DNA from: an uncultured Gemmatimonadaceae bacterium
GTDB taxonomy: Bacteria; Gemmatimonadota; Gemmatimonadetes; Longimicrobiales; RSA9
Reading direction: 5' to 3'
Assembly: GCA_964444685.1 (NCBI GenBank)
Contig: CAYUIG010000002.1
Span: 49,586-113,585 of the forward strand
DNA length: 64,000 nucleotides
The notes under the pieces are model-generated. The model worked only from the letters and a program-made list of their open reading frames with translations. It was not told the origin of the DNA and did not search any database. Both the position numbers and the translations under genes were made by a program. Positions 45,227 through 59,513 of the stretch are shown one piece after another; position 1 is the stretch's first letter, and every line of letters starts with the position of its first letter.

Positions 45227-47467
45227 CTACGATATCGGTCGCCCGCGCGGGCGCAGGATGAACAGTCCCTCGTTGATGCTGGACACCAGCACGGCGCCGC
45301 TCTCGAGGAACGGGTACGCCGTCCACGCGCCGCCGAAGAAGCCGGTCGGATTCGAGCCGTACGGCGTCGTGTCGAAGTGTCCGATCTCGACCGGTTTCGT
45401 CGGATCCGAGATGTCGACCACGCGCAGCCCCGCGTGATAATTGGCGAGGTACATGCGGTCGCCGCGGATGAAGAGGTTGTGGTCGGTCGAGCCATCCGGC
45501 CCGAGCAGCTCGCCTGCGATCACCGGGTCGTCGAGGTCGGCCACATCCCAGACCAGTGTCTTCGTGCGCGTCGTCGTGCCCACCAGCTCGTCCAGCTCGT
45601 CGTCCAGGAAGAAGTACCGCTGATCCTCGGTGAGCCAGCCCTGATGGATGTATCCGCGACCCGGATAGTCCGCTTTCGATATCGGCTTCGGCGACCCGGC
45701 GTCCGTCACGTCCACGATGCGCAGCGCCGTCTCGTTGCTCGCGAAGCAGATGCGCTTGCCACGATGCTCCGCATCCGGCCCGCGATAGATCACGCACTGC
45801 GCGTCGTGCGTGCGACCCGGCGCGATCAGCCCTTCCGTGTCGGTATAGCACCCCGCGAACTTCGGCGCGCGCGGCTCGGTGATGTCGACCATGTGCAATC
45901 CGCCGCCGCAGGTGTTCCCGCCCGCGCTCGCAGCCACGGGTATGGCCAGTCCCGTCTCCGTCTCGATCGCGAGATTGTGTGCACTCGCGATGCCGGTGTA
46001 GACCGTGTCCGGGCGATGCACGCCCGCCGACGTGATCGTGCGCAGGCGAGTGAGGTCGAACACCACCAGGCCGTGCGCGCCCGCGCCGTCGCCCGTGAAG
46101 AACATGTGGTCGCGGTACACCTTCACATCGCGCGCACCGCTCGGGTTGCCGGGCACGAGCCCGAGATACCGTGGCGACGCGGGGTCCGTCACATCCACGA
46201 GCGCGATACCGGCCGTGCGTCCGACGAGTGCATACTCGCGACCCGTCTCGCGATCCGTCCAGCCCCAGAGGTCGCTCACGCGCTCCCACGGCTCGGCGCC
46301 CATCGATGCCAGCGGCAGGAACGCGAGCAGGTCCACGTTCGCGCAGTCGAACCCCGCAGCCGCACCGTCCGCGCATCGCACTTCACCCGTCACTTCGACG
46401 AGCGGCTCCGTACCCACGAGGCGGCCGTCGAACTCCCACGCATCACCGGAACGGCGCCACACGTACGCTGCACCTTCACCCGGTGCACCGGCGACGACGA
46501 TCCCCTCCGATGCTGCGATCGATGCACCGACACCGGCGCCCCGCGGAGCACCGTTCACGTCCAGGTCGTTGCCGAACCGCCAGCGGTCGCCTGCGCGCAC
46601 CCAGCGCTGCACGCCGCCCATGGAAGGTTTGCCGATCCACAGCTCATCACCGTGCAATGCGAGTGAACCCAGCCCCTGCGCTTCGATCCGCTGCACCACT
46701 TCCCAAGCGCCCGTGACGGGCCGGCGCACGAGCACCTGATCCGCAAGCCCGAGGAGCACGGCATCACCGTCGATCGCGAGCGCCCGGGGACGGTCGGGCA
46801 ACGTTGTGGTGACGTGCCACGTCGCACCGTTGTGTTCCAGGATCGCAACGCCATTGCCGGTAGCGACCGCGATCCGATCTCGCGCAGCCGCGAGCACGGG
46901 CGGACCTGCAATGTCCCCCTCGAGGGCGAGCCGCGCCGTTTCCGTCCACTCGCCGCCGCGCTGCTCCATGACGATCAGTTCGGGTCCGCCCGAACCGCCG
47001 CCCGCGAATGCGAGCACGGATCCATCCGCGGAAATCGCAACCGCGCGCGCCGGCGGTGCGGCCAGCCGCATGATGCCGGCGAGATCCAGGGCCGGCGCGG
47101 CGGCCCCGTTCCGCTCCATCCGCGGCACACGCAGCGCAGGCCGCCACGACGACGGCGGTGCAAGGAAGACATTGGCCGCCCACACACCATCCGGGTCTCC
47201 GGCCGCCACGACGAGCGCATCGGAGGTAAAGGCCAGTGACGCGCTGAACCGCTCGCCCGGTCCGCCGTCGATGGGATGCAGCCGTGCGACCTCACGCCAT
47301 TCGCCGCCCGCTCGCCCGAATACGATGGCGGCCGACAAACCGCGATCGAGGTCCGGCTTCACGACCGCGATGGTTTCTCCCGAAACCGCCACGGCACGCC
47401 CGAAACCATCCTGCGCCATTGCGCCGGCCGGGATCATCAGTATCAGAAACGCGAGCGTGAGTCGCAT
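45227..47467 (-). CDS. secreted choice-of-anchor-B (LVIVD-repeat) protein with N-terminal FG-GAP-like propeller region
   Basis: Signal MRLTLAFLILMIPAGAMAQ with GAGGTG RBS. The C-terminal half has SDLWGWTDRETGREYALVG...VDVTDP..P, typical of choice-of-anchor B/LVIVD proteins. Confidence 0.75.
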   Translation of the reverse strand: MRLTLAFLILMIPAGAMAQDGFGRAVAVSGETIAVVKPDLDRGLSAAIVFGRAGGEWREVARLHPIDGGPGERFSASLAFTSDALVVAAGDPDGVWAANVFLAPPSSWRPALRVPRMERNGAAAPALDLAGIMRLAAPPARAVAISADGSVLAFAGGGSGGPELIVMEQRGGEWTETARLALEGDIAGPPVLAAARDRIAVATGNGVAILEHNGATWHVTTTLPDRPRALAIDGDAVLLGLADQVLVRRPVTGAWEVVQRIEAQGLGSLALHGDELWIGKPSMGGVQRWVRAGDRWRFGNDLDVNGAPRGAGVGASIAASEGIVVAGAPGEGAAYVWRRSGDAWEFDGRLVGTEPLVEVTGEVRCADGAAAGFDCANVDLLAFLPLASMGAEPWERVSDLWGWTDRETGREYALVGRTAGIALVDVTDPASPRYLGLVPGNPSGARDVKVYRDHMFFTGDGAGAHGLVVFDLTRLRTITSAGVHRPDTVYTGIASAHNLAIETETGLAIPVAASAGGNTCGGGLHMVDITEPRAPKFAGCYTDTEGLIAPGRTHDAQCVIYRGPDAEHRGKRICFASNETALRIVDVTDAGSPKPISKADYPGRGYIHQGWLTEDQRYFFLDDELDELVGTTTRTKTLVWDVADLDDPVIAGELLGPDGSTDHNLFIRGDRMYLANYHAGLRVVDISDPTKPVEIGHFDTTPYGSNPTGFFGGAWTAYPFLESGAVLVSSINEGLFILRPRGRPIS

Positions 47468-47558
47468 ACGGTCACCTCGGGGACACGTGGGTCGGCCGAA
47501 CGCCGATTCAATCAACGTTGGCGTCGACGACTCGGCTGCGCCAGCACGCGGCGCCGAC

Positions 47559-47588
47559 TTGACACGGCCCGACCCTCCGCGGTATGCT
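47559..47588 (+). promoter_or_regulatory. candidate sigma-70-type promoter (TTGACA, 18 nt spacer, TATGCT)
   Basis: Seen by eye 45 nt upstream of ATG 47633. A perfect -35 hexamer is rare in this GC context. Confidence 0.35.
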
Positions 47589-47632
47589 GTCCTAAACAGC
47601 TTAGGAGAAAGCTGCCCCGAGGAGACCAGCCC

Positions 47633-50218
<2,586 letters not shown>

Positions 50219-50292
50219 GACCCGCCCGGCGGCCGCGCGTCAACAGGCAGGGACGGTCCGGCACCGCGCCCCCGTTCCGGGGTTTCATTTGC

Positions 50293-54762
<4,470 letters not shown>

Positions 54763-54763
54763 C

Positions 54764-55576
54764 GTGCCCGAAGGGGATACGCTTCACCGCATCGCGCGTG
54801 CGCTTGCACCCGCGCTAACCGGCCGCACGATCGATGAAATCGAGGTGCACGATGCCGGTGAGGTTGCGGAGCTGCGTGGTCGAACGGTTACGGGCGTCGA
54901 GGCGCGCGGCAAACACCTGCTCGTGCACATCGACGGCGGCTGGACGCTGCGCACGCATCTCGGCATGGAGGGGAAGGTGCGCCGCCTGCACGCACGCGAG
55001 CGCCGGCCGCGCGCCAGTGCCGTGATCGTAACCGGCGACGACGCGTTCGTAGTGATCCACGCGTACCGCGCCGAACTCGTGCGCACGCACGCGCTCCGCA
55101 CGCATCCGCGGCTTGCGCGGCTGGGGCCCGATCTGCTGGCCGATCCACCGGATATCGACAACGCCGTGCGCCGCGCATTGCTCCCGGCGAACGCGGGTCG
55201 CGAAATCGCGGATGTGCTGCTGGACCAGCGTGTGGCCGCGGGGATCGGCAACGTGTGGAAGAGCGAAACGCTGTTCGAGGTGCGCATCCATCCGCGCACG
55301 CGCGTCAGTATGCTCAGCGCCGAACAGCTCCGGGATCTGTACGAGACCGCGGCGCGGCTGATGCGGACGAACCTGAAAACGCGCCGTCGCACCACTGTGC
55401 CCATCGAGCGGCGGCCGCGGCCGGGCAGCGAACGGCTCTGGGTCTACGGTCGGGCGGGGAAACCCTGTCACGAGTGCAAGACACCGATCGAGCGGTTCCT
55501 CCAGGGAGACATGGCGCGCAGCACGTACTTCTGCCCGCGCTGTCAGTCGGACAATATCGAGCCGATGGGTGCGTAG
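54764..55576 (+). CDS. nei: Fpg/Nei-family DNA glycosylase (endonuclease VIII-like)
   Basis: N-terminal MPEGDTLHR (catalytic Pro2/Glu3), H2TH region, C-terminal zinc finger CHECKTPI....TYFCPRCQ. Starts 1 nt after the lhr stop. Confidence 0.88.
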   Translation: MPEGDTLHRIARALAPALTGRTIDEIEVHDAGEVAELRGRTVTGVEARGKHLLVHIDGGWTLRTHLGMEGKVRRLHARERRPRASAVIVTGDDAFVVIHAYRAELVRTHALRTHPRLARLGPDLLADPPDIDNAVRRALLPANAGREIADVLLDQRVAAGIGNVWKSETLFEVRIHPRTRVSMLSAEQLRDLYETAARLMRTNLKTRRRTTVPIERRPRPGSERLWVYGRAGKPCHECKTPIERFLQGDMARSTYFCPRCQSDNIEPMGA

Positions 55577-55629
55577 CGACGGCATATCGCCGCCGCTACG
55601 CACCAATGAACGATTCGATGGAAGAGGAT

Positions 55630-56154
55630 TCAGCGCTGCAGCACGTTGTATCGCAGTGTCAGGCCGAGAGTCAGCCGCGAGCCGCCGTGGTCAGTGTCCC
55701 TCTCTTCTGATGGGACGAGCGGTCGCCAGTAGGTCACTTCCAACGCGTTGGACCACCGGTCGCCCAGCATGAACTGCAGTCCCAATCCTGCGGCGATTGC
55801 CGTCGCGCTCTCGTCGCCGGCGTCGCACGCGCTCTCGCCTCGCCTTCGGCATGAAGTACTGCCAACCATGCCGATTCCAGTGATGGCGACGCGCGGGTCT
55901 AAGGCCAAGTTCGTACGCAACCCGACCCCTGTTGCAGACTTCCTCCGACCCACCAAACCCTCGCCACGAGCGACAACATACAGACCGTCGAGAACGCGGA
56001 CTTCTGCTCCTATTCCAATTGCGTGCACTGTCACCGCCGACACTGATACGATTGCAGCGGCATCTCTGGTGGGTTCCTGCCCACGCAGTTCCGCAGGCCG
56101 GCTGACCATAATCAGGAAAACGATGAACGAAGCGGTTACGAATCCCCGCGACAT
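55630..56154 (-). CDS. hypothetical secreted beta-rich protein (possible small outer-membrane barrel)
   Basis: Start moved to MSRGFVTASFIVFLIMVS (signal-like). Alternating hydrophobic beta-strand pattern. 1-nt gap from the upstream gene. Confidence 0.45.
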   Translation of the reverse strand: MSRGFVTASFIVFLIMVSRPAELRGQEPTRDAAAIVSVSAVTVHAIGIGAEVRVLDGLYVVARGEGLVGRRKSATGVGLRTNLALDPRVAITGIGMVGSTSCRRRGESACDAGDESATAIAAGLGLQFMLGDRWSNALEVTYWRPLVPSEERDTDHGGSRLTLGLTLRYNVLQR

Positions 56155-56155
56155 G

Positions 56156-56722
56156 TCAGAACCCCTGATAGGATAGCATGTTGCCGTACTGCGCAACGGT
56201 AACCAAGGGCTGCAGCCCAGTCCAGCCCCTGAAGCTCCCGGACGTTGCCCAGAAGCACTCTGTGTAGCCGGTTGCACCCTGGACGCAGTTGATGAGTTGG
56301 TCGCCCGATCGGCCGAGATTCCGATACGCACTGAAGTAGTCGCGGACGAAGTAATCCGAGAAGCACTCGTCGCTGCTTGCGAAGGGCCCACCTGATTCAC
56401 ATTGGTTGTCGGACAGGTAGCTAGCGTGCTTCCCGTATGCTACATAGACACTTGGATAACCAAGGTATGGACCGTTGTAGCTGACCTGATTGCCCGCAGC
56501 GGTCGAGTACTCACCGTGTCGCGACATGGAAAGGCTTGAAAGTTCCCAGTGCTTTGTAGTGGCGTTGTATGACAGGTCCATCACAAGACTCTCGGAATCG
56601 CCCGGATGTCCCGCGCAGGTCCAATCCTCGAAAATGTAGCGCAGTGGGTTATTGCAGTACCACGCTGTCGGATTGGCTGTGCCCGCATCTTCGAAGAATC
56701 CAAAAGCCCAGAATAGCTTCAC
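56156..56722 (-). CDS. hypothetical Cys/Tyr/Trp-rich secreted-type domain (possible distal part of a frameshifted gene)
   Basis: 188-aa ORF in low-GC DNA with a GTG start. The same frame stays open ~100 nt further upstream (..SHEPYWAARFDGNDVKLFW..). The CAGHPGDSE motif faintly recalls the Vps62/DUF946 H.GDWE motif. Confidence 0.45.
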   Translation of the reverse strand: MKLFWAFGFFEDAGTANPTAWYCNNPLRYIFEDWTCAGHPGDSESLVMDLSYNATTKHWELSSLSMSRHGEYSTAAGNQVSYNGPYLGYPSVYVAYGKHASYLSDNQCESGGPFASSDECFSDYFVRDYFSAYRNLGRSGDQLINCVQGATGYTECFWATSGSFRGWTGLQPLVTVAQYGNMLSYQGF

Positions 56723-57075
56723 ATCGTTCCCATCGAAACGAGCCGCCCAGTACGGTTCGTGGGACTTGGCAGGGTCAGCCGCGCCATGATCAGGTATGGG
56801 CGGAAGAACTCGGCGAACCGACGCTCACATGTGTCGCGGAGCCCGTCTGTATCCTGGTCGTCGACCAGCGTGGTCTCACATTCTTCGGCGCTGAGTCCTA
56901 TCCAATGTCCATCGCATTCGGGGCAAGGATCCGGGGGAAGCTGAGCGGTGATACCGGCGGCAGGATCGAGATCTGATGGTCCGGCGGGATCCATACCAGT
57001 TTCGCCACAGCCCGCGATGAGCAGGCTCAGGATTGCGGCAGCATACCGTGATTTTCTGAACAACTGAGTAGACAA
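56719..57075 (-). CDS. hypothetical lipoprotein fragment with TSP3-like DDQDTDGLRD motif (possible proximal part of the same gene)
   Basis: TTG start. Lipobox AAILSLLIAGCGE and a Ca-binding-like DxDxDGxxD motif. Ends in an ATGTGA overlap with the next ORF. Confidence 0.4.
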   Translation of the reverse strand: MSTQLFRKSRYAAAILSLLIAGCGETGMDPAGPSDLDPAAGITAQLPPDPCPECDGHWIGLSAEECETTLVDDQDTDGLRDTCERRFAEFFRPYLIMARLTLPSPTNRTGRLVSMGTM

Positions 57076-57220
57076 GACTTCCCTGTGTAGAATGAAACGT
57101 GACGTGCATGGATATAACGGACCTCCTAGACGTGCGTTGTCGGGATTCGCCTGAGATCGCGTGGAGGGATCCCCCACGTTCGTGGAGACCCGTTGCCTAC
57201 TAGCGCATACCGAATCGCAG

Positions 57221-57234
57221 TTGTACATTGTACA
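57221..57234. promoter_or_regulatory. tandem TTGTACA TTGTACA (two TGTACA palindromes) abutting the antitoxin start codon; candidate operator
   Basis: Read directly as GCAGTTGTACATTGTACACATG. AT-rich palindromes directly upstream of a TA operon are typical autoregulatory sites. Confidence 0.35.
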
Positions 57235-57235
57235 C

Positions 57236-57487
57236 ATGAAGCGGATAACGGCATCTGAGGCTCGGCGAGACTGGTTCCGGATCCTGGACGAAGTCGCGGA
57301 CGGTGAGGTCGTGGTGATCGTGCGGAAGGGGCGTCGCATAATGCTGCGCCGCGAGCCGGACCGCGCGCGTTCTGCGCCGGTGCCGGATTACGGCGACATC
57401 ATTCAGGTACCGGACGTCGAACGCGCGGCGGAATGGGGCTGGGCCTGGACCGAGGAGTCGGACCTCGAGTCGACGGAGCGGGAATGA
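57236..57487 (+). CDS. type II antitoxin, Phd/YefM-like
   Basis: MKRITASEARRDWFRILDEVADGEVVVIVRKG matches the prevent-host-death N-terminal pattern. ATGA overlap with the toxin gene. Confidence 0.8.
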   Translation: MKRITASEARRDWFRILDEVADGEVVVIVRKGRRIMLRREPDRARSAPVPDYGDIIQVPDVERAAEWGWAWTEESDLESTERE

Positions 57488-57870
57488 AGTGCGTCCTCGA
57501 CACACATTTTCTGCTCTGGATCACCGTCGCCGCAGCGCGGCTTGACGAGTTTCCGTGGCTGGAGGACTACCGGCCGTGGGGTGTTTCTCCGGTGTCGTTC
57601 CTGGAGGTAAAGTTCCTGGGTGAGATCGGCAGGCTCAACGTGCGTATCGACGAGTTTGTCTCAGCCGTGTCGAACGATCCACGATTCGTCGTGGATGAGG
57701 TGCCGTTGCTGCGGCTGATCGATCAGGCGCTCCCGCTCGACTGGACACGCGACCCGTTCGACCGCATGCTGGCGGCGCACAGCATGTCGCGGCGCCTGCC
57801 GCTCTGCACGGTGGACCGGGGAATCCGGCGCCATCACGTGCATCTGCCGAAGGAACTGCCTGGCGTCTGA
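57484..57870 (+). CDS. vapC: type II toxin, PIN-domain ribonuclease (VapC-like)
   Basis: MKCVLDTHFLLW (first acidic residue), conserved E in SFLEV, and DPFDRML.A (third/fourth acidic residues). 128 aa. Confidence 0.85.
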   Translation: MKCVLDTHFLLWITVAAARLDEFPWLEDYRPWGVSPVSFLEVKFLGEIGRLNVRIDEFVSAVSNDPRFVVDEVPLLRLIDQALPLDWTRDPFDRMLAAHSMSRRLPLCTVDRGIRRHHVHLPKELPGV

Positions 57871-58023
57871 CGTCACACGACGCCGGCGGGTTGTGCCGTC
57901 GGCGTTGCTTCCCCATATCTCCGGGCATGACCGGGCGCTCGCGACTCCCGGGCCCAATTCCGACGCTGGTCCCTCCGGATCTTCCGCTCCGTCCATTCCG
58001 CAGGTCCCTGCCATGGAGGAACA

Positions 58024-58833
58024 ATGCAAGCCGAACCCACGTTCGAACGCTATGGTGGCAGCGCACCCGAGAACTACGAGCGCTACTTCGTCCCGGTGAT
58101 CTCCGCGCCCATCGCGGCGGAGCTGATGACGCACGCCGCACTCCAGCAGGGCCAAAGCGTCCTCGACCTCGCCTGCGGCACGGGGTTCGTCGCGCGCAGG
58201 GCGGCCGAACGCGTCGGGGCCGACCATGTCACGGGAGTGGATCCGAATCCCGGGATGCTCGGGGTGGCGCGTGCAGTGGCACCGGCCATCGAATGGCGTC
58301 AGGGCAGCGCCGAAGCGATTCCGCTTGAGGACGCGAGCCAGGACGTCGTTCTCTGCCAGATGGGACTGCAATTCTTTCCTGACGCTGCGAGAGCTCTGAA
58401 AGAGGTGCGCCGGGTGCTGAAGCCGGGAGGACGCTTCGTGGCGAACATGCCCGGCCCGATGCCGCCGGTGTTCGAGGTCATGGGCAGGGCACTCGCGCAG
58501 CATGTGCGCCCCGAGATGGCCGGCTTCGTCGCGGCCGTGTTCCGGCTGCACGACGCCGGGCAACTGCGGGACCTCCTCGAGACCGCGGGCTTCGAAAAGG
58601 TCGTGACGTTGGAGCAGATGCATACGCTGGAGCTGCCACCGCCGCGCGAATTCCTCTGGCAGTACATCCGCTCGACGCCTCTGGTCGATGCGCTCGCCGT
58701 CGCGACGGAGGAACAGCGGGCGGCCGTCGAGCGGGACGTCGCCTCCGCCTGGGAGCCGTACACCCGTGACGGCCGGCTGCATATGGACGTTCGTGTCATC
58801 CACGTCAGCGGAGGTAACACACAGCCCGACTGA
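58024..58833 (+). CDS. class I SAM-dependent methyltransferase
   Basis: Motif I VLDLACGTGF and post-I VTGVDPNPGML. Methyltransf_11-like core. Confidence 0.85.
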   Translation: MQAEPTFERYGGSAPENYERYFVPVISAPIAAELMTHAALQQGQSVLDLACGTGFVARRAAERVGADHVTGVDPNPGMLGVARAVAPAIEWRQGSAEAIPLEDASQDVVLCQMGLQFFPDAARALKEVRRVLKPGGRFVANMPGPMPPVFEVMGRALAQHVRPEMAGFVAAVFRLHDAGQLRDLLETAGFEKVVTLEQMHTLELPPPREFLWQYIRSTPLVDALAVATEEQRAAVERDVASAWEPYTRDGRLHMDVRVIHVSGGNTQPD

Positions 58834-58933
58834 CACACGCGCGTGTAAACAATCGGGCCCCCGCGTGCGTCCGGCACCGGGGGCCCGGGTCCGTAAAGCG
58901 GCCGCGACACATCCTGTAGCCCGTCCAGATGGC

Positions 58934-59020
58934 GAGCACGCCTTCAGGCCCGAGCTCAATGCGACGAACCTCGCCGTGCTCGGAATCCGCGCGATCATCG
59001 GGACGGGCGTCTTCTCATGA
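58934..59020 (+). pseudogene. remnant of the N-terminus of an APC-family amino-acid permease (first TM only)
   Basis: LNATNLAVLGIRAIIGTGVFS resembles the conserved L..DL...GIGAIIGTGIFV opening of APC transporters and is followed immediately by TGA. Confidence 0.4.
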
Positions 59021-59057
59021 TGAGTATCGTTGACGTACAGGAGGTCGGCGGCGAGGC

Positions 59058-59513
59058 GAGTTCATTGCGGTATTCTTCGGCACGCTCGCGTTCGCGTGCA
59101 TCGAGCCGTTCTTCTTCATCGGCTACCTGATATCGATAGCAATCTTCGGCATGTATCAGGCAATCTTCATGGCCAATGCCGGTGGTGCGTGGGACAACGC
59201 GAAGAAGCTCGTCGAGGTGGAGCTACAGGAGAAGGGCACCGAGCCGCACGCGGCCACGGTCGTGCGTGTCACGGTAGGAGACCCGTTCAAGGACACGTCG
59301 TCGGTCGCGCTGAATCCGATCATCAAGTTCACGACGCTCTTCGGTCTGCTCGCGGTCGAGCTGGCCGTGGTGCTGCCGCGCACGGTGAGCGTCTCGCTGG
59401 CGGTCGTGTTCTTCGTGATCTCGACCGTGTTCGTGTGGCGGTCGTTCTACGGGATGCGGATACAGTCCGAGCAGCCCGGCGTCGCCAGCTCCATGAAGGG
59501 GGTCGCGGTCTAG
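59058..59513 (+). pseudogene. hppA: 3-prime remnant of a membrane-bound proton/sodium-translocating pyrophosphatase
   Basis: AIFMANAGGAWDNAKKLVE.....KG...H.A.V..VGDPFKDTSS.ALNP.IKF is the conserved C-terminal block of H+-PPases. Only about the last 150 aa are present, although such enzymes are far longer. Confidence 0.75.

Noticed and set aside
47276-47632. N-terminal 119 aa of track ORF 47276..50218, and the 141-aa N-terminal extension of 45227..47890
   Set aside because: The two extensions overlap each other across a divergent promoter region. Both genes have internal starts with an RBS and the family-typical N-termini (ADOP prefix helix and signal peptide respectively).
58834-58886. ACACGCGCGTGT palindrome and GGGCCCCCG/CGGGGGCCC stem-loop after the methyltransferase as a regulatory site
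   Set aside because: Short GC palindromes of this kind are expected by chance in ~70 percent GC DNA. There is no U-tract and no recurrence elsewhere in the window.
57661-58998. 445-aa minus-strand ORF covering vapC and the methyltransferase
   Set aside because: It is antisense to two genes with clear motifs (PIN acidic residues and SAM motif I). It has no recognisable domain and an Arg/His-rich composition.
55577-59509. Prophage or integrative element interpretation of the low-GC islet
   Set aside because: No integrase, recombinase, transposase, phage structural gene, flanking tRNA or clear direct repeats are visible. It is therefore reported only as an accessory islet with a rearrangement scar.
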